Assembly (NCBI GenBank): GCA_964519955.1
Contig: CAZFLM010000002.1
Span: forward strand, 8,822 to 72,821
DNA length: 64,000 nt
Source of the DNA: an uncultured Chthonomonadaceae bacterium
GTDB lineage: Bacteria > Armatimonadota > Chthonomonadetes > Chthonomonadales > CAJBBX01
Reading direction: 5' to 3'
In this document: one piece after another, positions 25,620 through 33,298 of the stretch
How the letters are laid out: the number at the start of each line of letters is the position of its first letter
How positions within the stretch are numbered: the stretch's first letter is position 1
The notes under the pieces: generated by a model
Told to the model about the DNA's origin: nothing
What the model saw: only the letters and a program-made list of their open reading frames with translations
Databases searched by the model: none
Program-made: the position numbers and the translations under genes

Positions 25620-25768
25620 AAGGTCATAAGGGGAAAGGTCAAAGGGCAGAGACGGATGGTTCGCTCCGGTGGTTCTGGCGGCTGAACGGAGGTCCGAGCG
25701 CTTCACCGCGGGAGTGCCCCTTGACCTTTCACCTTCTACCTCTGACCTTTCGCCTCTCCCCTTCGCCC
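25597..25768. repeat. Long imperfect inverted repeat built from (G)AAAGGTCA units
   Basis: The left arm (25597-25652) has 3 direct GAA(A)GGTCA..AAGG units overlapping the last codons and stop. The right arm (25714-25768) has 2 complementary TGACCTTTC units. Confidence 0.7.
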
Positions 25769-25859
25769 CTTCCCCCGCCGCCCCCCAACGCCGCCTAGAC
25801 ATCCCCCCACCCCTTCGGGTACGCTTCGGGACACTACCGCGAGCAGGGATGGCGACACG

Positions 25860-26741
25860 ATGACCTACCAGGACCTTCTCATCACCCTCGAACGCTTCTG
25901 GGCCGAGCACGGCTGCCTCGTCATGCAGCCCTACGACGTGGAGGTGGGCGCCGGCACAAACGCGCCGATGACCACGCTGCGGGCGCTCGGGCCGGAGCCG
26001 TGGAACGTGGCGTACGTGCAGCCCTCGCGCAGGCCGGCGGACGGGCGCTACGCCCGCAACCCCATGCGCATGCAGCACTACTACCAGTACCAGGTCATCA
26101 TGAAGCCGTCGCCCGACAACATCGTCGACATCTACCTGGACAGCCTGCGCGCGCTCGGCATCAAGCCGGAGGAGCACGACATCCGCTTCGTGGAGGACGA
26201 CTGGGAGGCGCCGACGCTGGGCGCGCAGGGCGTCGGCTGGGAGGTGTGGCTCGACGGCACTGAGATCACCCAGTTCACCTACTTCCAGCAGATGGGCGGC
26301 ATCGAGTGCAAGAGCGTCTGCGCGGAGATCACCTATGGCACGGAGCGCCTCGCGTGCTGCCTGCAGAAGGTGAACAGCGTGTGGGACATGGAGTGGGCCC
26401 ACGGCGTGACCTACGGAGACTCGGAGAAGGACGCGGAGTACGAGCACTGCGTCTACAACTTCGAGCAGGCCGACGTGCCCACGCTGCTCCAGCAGTTCGA
26501 CCTGTGCGAGAAGGAGAGCAAGCGCATCGCCGAGATCGGCCTGGTGGCGCCGGCGTTCGACCTCGCGCTCAAGTGCTCCCACCTCTTCAACCTGCTGGAC
26601 GCGCGCGGCAGCGTCTCCGTCACCGAGCGGGCCAGCTACATCAACCGCATCCGCGGCCTCTCGCGCCAGTGCTGCCTGAAGTACCTGGCCCAGCGCGAGG
26701 AGAAGGGCTTCCCGCTGCTGCGCGGCCGCCAGCCTGCCTGA
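25860..26741 (+). CDS. glyQ: Glycine--tRNA ligase alpha subunit
   Basis: [19 protein letters not shown]...[11 protein letters not shown]...[10 protein letters not shown] is near-canonical GlyQ sequence. Confidence 0.97.
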   Translation: MTYQDLLITLERFWAEHGCLVMQPYDVEVGAGTNAPMTTLRALGPEPWNVAYVQPSRRPADGRYARNPMRMQHYYQYQVIMKPSPDNIVDIYLDSLRALGIKPEEHDIRFVEDDWEAPTLGAQGVGWEVWLDGTEITQFTYFQQMGGIECKSVCAEITYGTERLACCLQKVNSVWDMEWAHGVTYGDSEKDAEYEHCVYNFEQADVPTLLQQFDLCEKESKRIAEIGLVAPAFDLALKCSHLFNLLDARGSVSVTERASYINRIRGLSRQCCLKYLAQREEKGFPLLRGRQPA

Positions 26742-26768
26742 CGCGCGCCCGCGCCGAAGCGCCCAACG

Positions 26769-27040
26769 CCCCCGCTGCCAGCCGACTGGCGCGGGGGCGT
26801 TCTCTTCCCTGGACCGAGTTCCCAACCCCCGCAGGGGGTTTCGCGAGCCCAGCCCGGCGTTACAACGCCGGGCGACACGCCGGGCGAACACACCCAGCGC
26901 GCCCATCGGCCCAGCCCCCCCGCTGCCAGCCGACTGGCGCGGGGGCGTTCTCTTACTGAACCAGATCCCGAACCCCCGCGGGGGTGTCGCCAGCCCAGCC
27001 CGGCGTTACAACGCCGGGCGACACGCCGGGCTACACGTCC
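26769..27040. repeat. Two tandem copies (period about 147 bp) of a unit with three hairpins
   Basis: Each unit contains ACGCCCCCGC-15 nt-GCGGGGGCGT, then AACCCCC-GCr-GGGGGTk, then CCCGGCGTT-AC-AACGCCGGG. Copies start at 26769 and 26916. Confidence 0.85.
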
Positions 27041-27061
27041 GACGATCTGCCAGGCGCCCCC

Positions 27062-27385
27062 CTACCCCTGCCGCATCAGCGTCAGCAGCATCACGACCGG
27101 CGTCTTGGCGTGCACGCTGTGCTGCAGGTTCGGTGGCATGTAGACCACCGTGCCCGCGCTCGCGGAGGCCGGGTCGTCGCCCAGCGTCAGATCCGCCTCG
27201 CCGCTGATGAACTGCAGCATCGCCGGCATGGACGCCGTGTGCTCCGACAGCTCCTGGCCCGTGTCGAAACCGAATGCCACGACCTTGACGTGCTCGTCGC
27301 TGTAGAGCGTGCGGCTCAGGATGCCGTCCTTCGGCACCTCGATCTCCGCCTCGACGTTCGGCAGCACGTAGTAACCTGCACTCAT
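27062..27385 (-). CDS. Cupin domain protein
   Basis: The 107-aa core MSAGYYVLPNVEAEIEVPKDGILSRTLY...SEHTASMPAMLQFISGEADL...VYMPPNLQHSVHA is cupin-like. GGAGGGAG lies upstream. The start overlaps the Rrf2 stop (ATGA). Confidence 0.85.
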   Translation of the reverse strand: MSAGYYVLPNVEAEIEVPKDGILSRTLYSDEHVKVVAFGFDTGQELSEHTASMPAMLQFISGEADLTLGDDPASASAGTVVYMPPNLQHSVHAKTPVVMLLTLMRQG

Positions 27386-27813
27386 AGTGTCTCTCCCTCC
27401 GCGCACAGCGGCGTCGCCATGCCCCGTGTGGCCAGAAGCTCGGCCAACGTCGTCTCCCGGAACGACTTCTCCACCGTCGCCATCGCCTCGTCCATGCGCT
27501 TGTGCATCGGACACAGGCCCTCGTGCCCCTTGATCCCGAGCGGGCAGCGCTTGATGCGCGGCAGCGGATCGATCGCCTCAATGATGTCGTACATGGAGAT
27601 CTCTTCCGGCGCACGCGCCAGCGTGAATCCGCCCCGCGGCCCGCGCTGCGACTTCACCACGCCCGCCCGGGCCAGCTCCTGCAGCACCTTGCTGAGGTAG
27701 TGCATCGGCGCCTGCGTCTTGTCCGCCGCATCCTTCGCCGTCAACGCCACCTCCGGCTTGGCCGCCAGCAGCAGCACCGCCCGCAGAGCGTACTCCACCG
27801 TCTGTGTGAACAT
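27382..27813 (-). CDS. Rrf2 family transcriptional regulator (three Cys, possible Fe-S sensor)
   Basis: MFTQTVEYALRAVLLLA...MHYLSKVLQELARAGVVKSQRGPRGGFTLA is a typical Rrf2 wHTH. The Cys residues are in CPLGIKGHEGLCPMH and the C-terminal PLC. Start trimmed to ATG 27813, with GGAGG 6 nt upstream. Confidence 0.88.
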   Translation of the reverse strand: MFTQTVEYALRAVLLLAAKPEVALTAKDAADKTQAPMHYLSKVLQELARAGVVKSQRGPRGGFTLARAPEEISMYDIIEAIDPLPRIKRCPLGIKGHEGLCPMHKRMDEAMATVEKSFRETTLAELLATRGMATPLCAEGETL

Positions 27814-27851
27814 CCGCGCCTCCATCGAGGTCGATTTGTTGATACCGGACC

Positions 27852-27881
27852 TTGACATAGATTATACCACCGAAGTATACT
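27852..27881 (+). promoter_or_regulatory. Putative hcp promoter overlapping a divergent rrf2 promoter
   Basis: Plus strand: TTGACA (27852-27857), 18 nt, TATACT (27876-27881). Minus strand: TGgTATAAT extended -10 (reverse complement of 27861-27869). This is an AT-rich island in a GC-rich genome. Confidence 0.5.
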
Positions 27882-27941
27882 GTCCACGATATTACGGAGA
27901 TAGAACTCCAGAAATCTACATTTACCGGAGGCGAACAGAGC

Positions 27942-29570
27942 ATGTTCTGCTATCAGTGCGAACAGACCCTCAAGGGTACGGGGTGTGTCGACGTTGGAGT
28001 GTGCGGCAAGGACGCAAGCACGGCCGCCCTCCAGGATCTGCTGCTGCATGTCACCAAGGGCGTCTCGATGGTCGCCCACCGAGCCCGCAAGGTCGGCGTC
28101 GTCGATAGCCAAGTGGACCGCTTCGTCATCGAGGCGCTTTTCACCACGGTGACCAACGTGAACTTCCACGTCGTGCGCCTGGAGGAGATGATCGACCAGG
28201 CCATCGACCTGCGCGAGCGCATGCGCCTCGCCTACGAGGCAGCCGGCGGCGCCGAGCCGCTCTTCGGGCCCGCAACCTGGACGCCCGCCGACGACGTCGA
28301 CGCGATGATCCGCCAGGGCCGCGGCGTCGGGCTCCTCGCCCGCTTCCCGAGCGAGGGGTCGGACATCTCCGGCCTGCTGGAGCTGCTGACCTACGGCCTG
28401 AAGGGCGCCGCCGCCTACGCCGAGCACGCCGCGAGGCTGGATGAGGAAGACCCGGCCCTCTACGCCGCGTTCCACGAGGCGATGGACGTCCTCACCCGTG
28501 GCATCACGGACGCTGGCGAGCTGCTGGGCTGGTGCCTCAAGACCGGCGAGATCAACCTGCGCGCCATGGAGCTGCTCGACAAGGCCAACACGACCGCCTA
28601 CGGCCACCCCGAGCCCACCCCGGTCCGCATCCATCCCATCGCCGGCAAGGCCATCGTCGTCTCCGGACACGACCTGAAGGACCTGGAACTCCTCCTCCAG
28701 CAGACCGAGGGCAAGGGCATCAACGTGTATACGCACGGCGAGATGCTGCCCGCACACGGGTATCCGAAGCTGAAGGCGTACAAGCACCTGGTCGGCAACT
28801 ACGGCGGCCCGTGGCAGGTGCAGGTCGAGGAGTTCAGCGAGTTCCCCGGCGCCGTGCTGATGACCACGAACTGCATCCAGCGCCCCAAGGACTCCTACGT
28901 CGACCGCATCTTCACGTCGGGGATGGTTGCGTGGCCGGGCGTCCAGCACGTCTCGGACGGTGACTTCACCCCGGTAATCGAGGCAGCCCTGGCGGCGCCC
29001 GGTTTCGCCGAGGACGGGCCGGACAAGACGATCCTCGTCGGGTTCGGGCGCCAGGCAGTCCTGGGCGTGGCAGACAAGGTGGTCGAGGCGGTGAAGTCCG
29101 GGGCACTGCGCCACTTCTTCCTGATCGGCGGCTGCGACGGCGCCCGCCCGGGCCGCGACTACTACGCGCAGCTCGCGCAGTCCGTGCCGGACGACTGCAT
29201 CATCCTGACGCTCGCGTGCGGGAAGTACCGGTTCAACAAGATGGACTTCGGCACGGTGGCCGGCCTGCCGCGCCTGCTGGACATCGGCCAGTGCAACGAC
29301 GCCTACTCCGCTATCCAGATCGCGGCGGCTCTCGCGGGGGCCTTCGACTGCGGCATCAACGACCTGCCGCTCTCGCTGGTGCTGTCGTGGTACGAGCAGA
29401 AGGCCGTGGCGATCCTGCTGACGCTGCTGCACCTGGGCGTCCGCAACGTCCGCATCGGCCCCACGCTGCCGGCGTTCCTCACGCCGAACCTCATCAACAT
29501 CCTCGTCGAGAAGTACAACGTGATGCCGATCACGACGCCGCAAGAGGACCTGGCGGCAATTCTGGGCTGA
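27942..29570 (+). CDS. hcp: Hybrid cluster protein (hydroxylamine reductase)
   Basis: MFCYQCEQTLKGTGCVDVGVCGK is the N-terminal Cys cluster. The 542-aa length and sequence are typical of Hcp. Confidence 0.97.
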   Translation: MFCYQCEQTLKGTGCVDVGVCGKDASTAALQDLLLHVTKGVSMVAHRARKVGVVDSQVDRFVIEALFTTVTNVNFHVVRLEEMIDQAIDLRERMRLAYEAAGGAEPLFGPATWTPADDVDAMIRQGRGVGLLARFPSEGSDISGLLELLTYGLKGAAAYAEHAARLDEEDPALYAAFHEAMDVLTRGITDAGELLGWCLKTGEINLRAMELLDKANTTAYGHPEPTPVRIHPIAGKAIVVSGHDLKDLELLLQQTEGKGINVYTHGEMLPAHGYPKLKAYKHLVGNYGGPWQVQVEEFSEFPGAVLMTTNCIQRPKDSYVDRIFTSGMVAWPGVQHVSDGDFTPVIEAALAAPGFAEDGPDKTILVGFGRQAVLGVADKVVEAVKSGALRHFFLIGGCDGARPGRDYYAQLAQSVPDDCIILTLACGKYRFNKMDFGTVAGLPRLLDIGQCNDAYSAIQIAAALAGAFDCGINDLPLSLVLSWYEQKAVAILLTLLHLGVRNVRIGPTLPAFLTPNLINILVEKYNVMPITTPQEDLAAILG

Positions 29571-29583
29571 TCGCGTTCCGATG

Positions 29584-29620
29584 TGCAGAAGGGCGGGCCA
29601 GCACGGCCCGCCCTTCTGCA
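29584..29620. terminator. Perfect 16-bp hairpin between convergent hcp and vapC (bidirectional, no U-tract)
   Basis: TGCAGAAGGGCGGGCC-agcac-GGCCCGCCCTTCTGCA. Confidence 0.7.
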
Positions 29621-29641
29621 CGATGCCTGTTCGCGGGAGTC

Positions 29642-30070
29642 CTACTTACCAGGCACCAACCGCATGCCCGTCATCGCCAGGTGCGAGTCGAACGCGAAGA
29701 CCTCACCAAGGCCAAGTGCGCCCGAGATCGCCAGCGTGCTGCAGTCAGTGACCGAGAGCTGGGTATCGCTGAAGCGCTCGAACAGGACGATCGCTGCGGC
29801 CCACATCGCCTCGTCCACGCGCTCGATGCGCAGATGGCCCTTCGCCTGAGCATCGACAACTCCCCGCCAGAAGGCCACAGCGTCAGCATGCGTCGTGTCG
29901 TAGCGCAGCCTCGTGAGTGTCTCGTCCAGGACGTAGTCCGAGGTTATGAGGGTGGCACGCTGCTCCAGCAACTCCCGGAAGAGGGCGGCTGCGCGAGGAT
30001 GGCATCGGTCTGCGGGCACAGCGACCGCGTACCAGGCACTCGTGTCGACGAAGACCTCACGAAGCGCCAT
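29642..30070 (-). CDS. vapC: PIN-domain toxin (VapC-like)
   Basis: MALREVFVDTSAWYAV...ITSDYVLDETLT...SVTDCSTLA shows PIN acidic residues in the usual spacing. It overlaps the upstream antitoxin gene by 14 nt. Confidence 0.88.
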   Translation of the reverse strand: MALREVFVDTSAWYAVAVPADRCHPRAAALFRELLEQRATLITSDYVLDETLTRLRYDTTHADAVAFWRGVVDAQAKGHLRIERVDEAMWAAAIVLFERFSDTQLSVTDCSTLAISGALGLGEVFAFDSHLAMTGMRLVPGK

Positions 30071-30302
30071 CGGAGTTCAGGTAGGCGTCGTGGTTCTCGG
30101 CACCGTCGTGCCGCCCGCTCGCCGCGATGCCGATGATCCCATACAGCGGGTTGTCTCCACCTGGGTTGTCGCATGCCTCGGCCGGCTCAAGGCGAATGCT
30201 GACCTGATCCCCTTGCCGCAGGCGCAGCTTGTCGCGCACGTGCTTCGGCAGCACGACGCGCCCCCCGGCGCCAACGGTCACCTTGCATAGTTCGCTCGCC
30301 AT
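30057..30302 (-). CDS. vapB: AbrB/SpoVT-type antitoxin (VapB-like)
   Basis: KVTVGAGGRVVLPKHVRDKLRLRQGDQVSI is a swapped-hairpin AbrB/MazE motif. GGAGG lies upstream, and TATAAT is on the minus strand at 30345-30340. Confidence 0.85.
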   Translation of the reverse strand: MASELCKVTVGAGGRVVLPKHVRDKLRLRQGDQVSIRLEPAEACDNPGGDNPLYGIIGIAASGRHDGAENHDAYLNSDGAS

Positions 30303-30420
30303 ACGTGGCCTCCACCTGGATCAGCGCTCACTTGATAGCATTATAGCCGAACGCTCCGCAGCGCGCCAGAGCTGCAGGACCTCATTTGGCGGCCACGGGC
30401 CGATCGCGACAGACCGCCCC

Positions 30421-31545
30421 CTAGCTCAGCGAGCCGAGCATCGCCTCGATGCGCCCGGCGCCAGTCAGCGGCAGCGCGACCTTGATCTGCTCAGTCGAGG
30501 AGAGGTAGGCGGCCAGGATCGCCTCGGCAGCGGCGCGCCCCTCCGCCACCCCGACATGGGGCTCGATACCCAGCCGCACACAGAGCGCGAAGTGGCGCAG
30601 CGCCTGCAGGTACGGGTTGTGCGCCCGGGCTTCGTCGTGCGGCCGCGCCAGCGGGGTGGGCGTCAGGTCCTCGGGTGTCCGCCCGACTCGGTGGAGGAGC
30701 GTGCGGAAGTACGCCGTCGAGTCGTAGCTCCAACCGCGCGAGAAGCTCAGTTCCAGGGTGCCCTCGTCACCGGTCAGCAGATACTGCTCGACCGGGTCCT
30801 TGTGGTCGGTGCGCGAGATGTGGTGGATGGACAGGCCACGCTCATGCTGCAGGATGACGTTCCCCTGGCATCCGACGCGCCCCTCGCTGCCCTGCAGGTC
30901 GATGTCGGCGCTCACGGTCTGCACGTCCCCCAGCACCCAGCGACAGAAGTCGATCGTCTGGCTGATGTGGAACTCGAAGACGCCGCGCCAGGTCCTGAGG
31001 AAGTCGCGCCGGGCGGCCCAGCCGGCGTAGAAGCTCCAGTCGCAGCGGATCTGATTGATGCGGCCGATGACGCCCGTCTCCACCGCCTCGCGGGCCGCGG
31101 AGAAGCTGCGGTCGAACCGGCGCGTCAGCCCGAGCATCAGTCGGATGTCGTGGTCGCCGGCCCACTTGGCCAGGTCGTCGCAGATTCGCAGGCTGGCGGG
31201 CAAGGGGCCGGCCATGAACACGTGCTTGCCGGCCTCGGCTAGCGCGATGGCCTGCTTGGGGCGATCGTCGATCGGTGATGCCAGGAGGGCGGCTTCGACG
31301 GCGGGCTCGGCCAGGAGTGCCTCGAAGTCGGTCAGCGTCACTGCCTTGCGCGCATCTCGGGACCACAGCCTCGCGGCGACCGGGTCCACGTCCATCAGCG
31401 CGACGACCTCGACCGCGTCCAGCAAAGGAAGCACAGCGCCGTAGGTCTGACGGGAGCCGCCGCATCCGACGACGGCCAGCCTCACTGGAGAAGCCGAGAC
31501 GGCGCCGGGCGCGGCCGGATCGGACGGAGCGGGCGAGGAAGACAT
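30421..31545 (-). CDS. Gfo/Idh/MocA family oxidoreductase
   Basis: VRLAVVGCGGSRQTYG is the Rossmann start, and the overall layout fits the family. Start trimmed from 31797 to ATG 31545. Confidence 0.82.
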   Translation of the reverse strand: MSSSPAPSDPAAPGAVSASPVRLAVVGCGGSRQTYGAVLPLLDAVEVVALMDVDPVAARLWSRDARKAVTLTDFEALLAEPAVEAALLASPIDDRPKQAIALAEAGKHVFMAGPLPASLRICDDLAKWAGDHDIRLMLGLTRRFDRSFSAAREAVETGVIGRINQIRCDWSFYAGWAARRDFLRTWRGVFEFHISQTIDFCRWVLGDVQTVSADIDLQGSEGRVGCQGNVILQHERGLSIHHISRTDHKDPVEQYLLTGDEGTLELSFSRGWSYDSTAYFRTLLHRVGRTPEDLTPTPLARPHDEARAHNPYLQALRHFALCVRLGIEPHVGVAEGRAAAEAILAAYLSSTEQIKVALPLTGAGRIEAMLGSLS

Positions 31546-31618
31546 CTGGTGGGTACCCCAAAACGAACATCGGGCGCTGCCGTACCGGCAGCGCCCGATA
31601 TCGCGACACTTATGCGAA

Positions 31619-32032
31619 CTACCCGGCTGCCAGGCGAGGCACCACGGTCGGCGCCAGAGCCGGCTGAAGAACCGGCGGCTGCCCCATGCCATAGGCCGAC
31701 AGGCCGAAGAAGTAGCAGGTCCGCCCGCAGCACACGCAGTCTGCGACGATCGGGCCGTGCGGAACTCGACGAGGCGGTGGCGTATGTAGGCCAACACAGC
31801 ACAGCGGGTAGTGGGCCACCTTACGGTATGCGCTCATACTGATCGCGTCCCCTTCGCTCAGAACTGAAGCATCCTTGCGGATGCTATTCGCTGCGTGGAC
31901 CCGCAGGTCCTCCCCGCAGCGGCAACAAGGCGGCAAGCCCAATCGGGCCGAGTGGCTGCCCCGCCTGACACAGAAGTCATGTGCATGATCCGTGCCAACC
32001 GCGCCCGCGCAGTCCACCAGATGCCGACGCAA
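31619..32032 (-). CDS. Possible Cys-rich small protein (hypothetical; start uncertain: TTG 32032 or ATG about 31835)
   Basis: 137-aa ORF with CCRCG, CCVG and CVCCGRTC clusters. In my hand count over 80 codons GC3 is about 74% against GC2 about 56%, a weak coding signal. It lies in a lower-GC island. No family recognised. Confidence 0.35.
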   Translation of the reverse strand: MRRHLVDCAGAVGTDHAHDFCVRRGSHSARLGLPPCCRCGEDLRVHAANSIRKDASVLSEGDAISMSAYRKVAHYPLCCVGLHTPPPRRVPHGPIVADCVCCGRTCYFFGLSAYGMGQPPVLQPALAPTVVPRLAAG

Positions 32033-32135
32033 ACGATCCGCCGCACCCTGCGACTGAGCGCGCCTTCCGTTCTCAGCCGGACCTCATTATATCACAGCGG
32101 CGCACGTCCGACCAGTCCGGCGGGAACGGTGTTTG

Positions 32136-32144
32136 TGCTATAAT
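32136..32144 (+). promoter_or_regulatory. Extended -10 promoter (TGcTATAAT) placing the TSS 2-4 nt before the ATG
   Basis: TGCTATAAT at 32136-32144 and ATG at 32154. There is no SD and no -35. Confidence 0.5.
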
Positions 32145-32153
32145 CCCGCCGAA

Positions 32154-33218
32154 ATGACCCCCGTGCGAATCAGCGCTCCCGGGCGCATCTGCCTCTTCGG
32201 AGAGCATCAAGACTACCTCGGCCTGCCCGTTCTGGCCGCAGCAGTGAACCTGCGCATCGGCATCGAGGCGCATCCGCGCGCCACGCCCGGCTTCTCGCTC
32301 CGCCTTCCGGACATCTCGCAGAGCGTCGAGCTGGAGGCGGCCGGCGGCCAGCCCTACGCCGAGAAGCGCGACTACCTGCGCTCGGCCATCAACGTGCTGG
32401 CGCGGCGTGGGCACGCGTGGCCGCTCGGCTACGACGCGGTGATCCACGGCGACATCCCGATCAACGCCGGCGTCAGCAGCTCATCGGCCATGGTCATCAT
32501 GTGGCTCCGCTTCCTTCTGCACGCCGCACAGCCTGCCGAGGAAGTCGACGCCGTTGACCTGGCGACGTTAGGGTTCCACGCCGAGGTGGCGGAGTTCGGC
32601 GAGCCCGGCGGGATGATGGACCACTTCTGCGCGGCCGTCGGCGGAGTCCTCGCCATCAAGACGACCCCGCCGTTCGGCGCAGAGCGGCTCGCCGCCCGCC
32701 CCACCGGGTTCGTCCTCGGCCACACCCTGCAGCCGAAGGCAACGCTGGAGCTGCTGGGCCGCAACCGGCGCGACGTCACCGAAGGCATGCGCCTGATCTC
32801 CGAGGCGCTGCCTGGCTTCGACCTGTCCACCACCCCGCTGGCCGAGGCTGAGCCGCATCTCGCCGCGCTCCCGCCGGACCCGCGCCGCAAGCTGCGCGCC
32901 AACCTCGTCAACCGGGATATCACCGTCGAGGCGCGCCGCGTCCTGGCCGGCGGAACACCCGAGCGGCTGGGCGGACTCCTGACACGGCACCACGAGCAAC
33001 TCCGCGACGGCCTCGACCTCTCCACTGACAAGATGGAGCGGATGATGAATGCGTCGCTCGCGGCGGGCGCGCTGGGCGGCAAGGTGAACGGCTCGGGCGG
33101 CGGCGGGTGCATGTTCGCCTACGCGCCCGGCTGCGAGGAGGCCGTCGCCGAAGCCATCCGCAGCGAGGGCGGCGTCCCGTACATCGTCTCGATCGATGAA
33201 GGCGCGCGGCACGACTGA
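32154..33218 (+). CDS. GHMP kinase, galactokinase-like
   Basis: PGRICLFGEHQDYLG (galactokinase signature-like), PINAGVSSSSA (GHMP motif II) and GKVNGSGGGGCMF. Start trimmed to ATG 32154. Confidence 0.85.
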   Translation: MTPVRISAPGRICLFGEHQDYLGLPVLAAAVNLRIGIEAHPRATPGFSLRLPDISQSVELEAAGGQPYAEKRDYLRSAINVLARRGHAWPLGYDAVIHGDIPINAGVSSSSAMVIMWLRFLLHAAQPAEEVDAVDLATLGFHAEVAEFGEPGGMMDHFCAAVGGVLAIKTTPPFGAERLAARPTGFVLGHTLQPKATLELLGRNRRDVTEGMRLISEALPGFDLSTTPLAEAEPHLAALPPDPRRKLRANLVNRDITVEARRVLAGGTPERLGGLLTRHHEQLRDGLDLSTDKMERMMNASLAAGALGGKVNGSGGGGCMFAYAPGCEEAVAEAIRSEGGVPYIVSIDEGARHD

Positions 33219-33254
33219 CGGGCGCGATCCTTTCGTTGAACCAGTCGAGCAACA

Positions 33255-33288
33255 CGAAGGCCCCGGCCAAGAGCGGTCGGGGCCTTCG
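33255..33288. terminator. Hairpin between convergent genes
   Basis: CGAAGGCCCCG-12 nt-CGGGGCCTTCG. Confidence 0.65.
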
Positions 33289-33298
33289 CTGCGTCTCG

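Noticed and set aside
25620-25859. T-box leader upstream of glyQ (AGAGA and GGTGGTTCTGGCGG vaguely resembling the T-box GGUGGUACCGCG)
   Set aside because: The match to the T-box core is partial and lies about 190 nt from the ATG. I could find no Stem I/specifier architecture or terminator/antiterminator alternative.
23211-26906. 1231-aa ORF, the longest in the track
   Set aside because: Only the last 425 codons (23211-24488) are protein-like, encoding a nucleotide-sugar dehydrogenase with its own SD. The upstream 800 codons are Arg/Ala/Gly-rich and run antisense to glyQ and to the 24597-25619 gene. This is a high-GC open-frame artefact.
27741-29621. Long antisense ORFs opposite real genes (also 17-1366, 6138-7802, 7948-10452, 8135-10420, 10712-12292, 12569-14104, 14298-16001, 15986-17704, 19299-20957, 21029-22747, 33779-36277, 43407-45308, 49248-50798, 56538-58049, 61309-62919)
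   Set aside because: All are Arg/Ala/Gly/Pro-rich low-complexity translations lying opposite ORFs with clear family motifs. This is typical of stop-codon-poor high-GC DNA.
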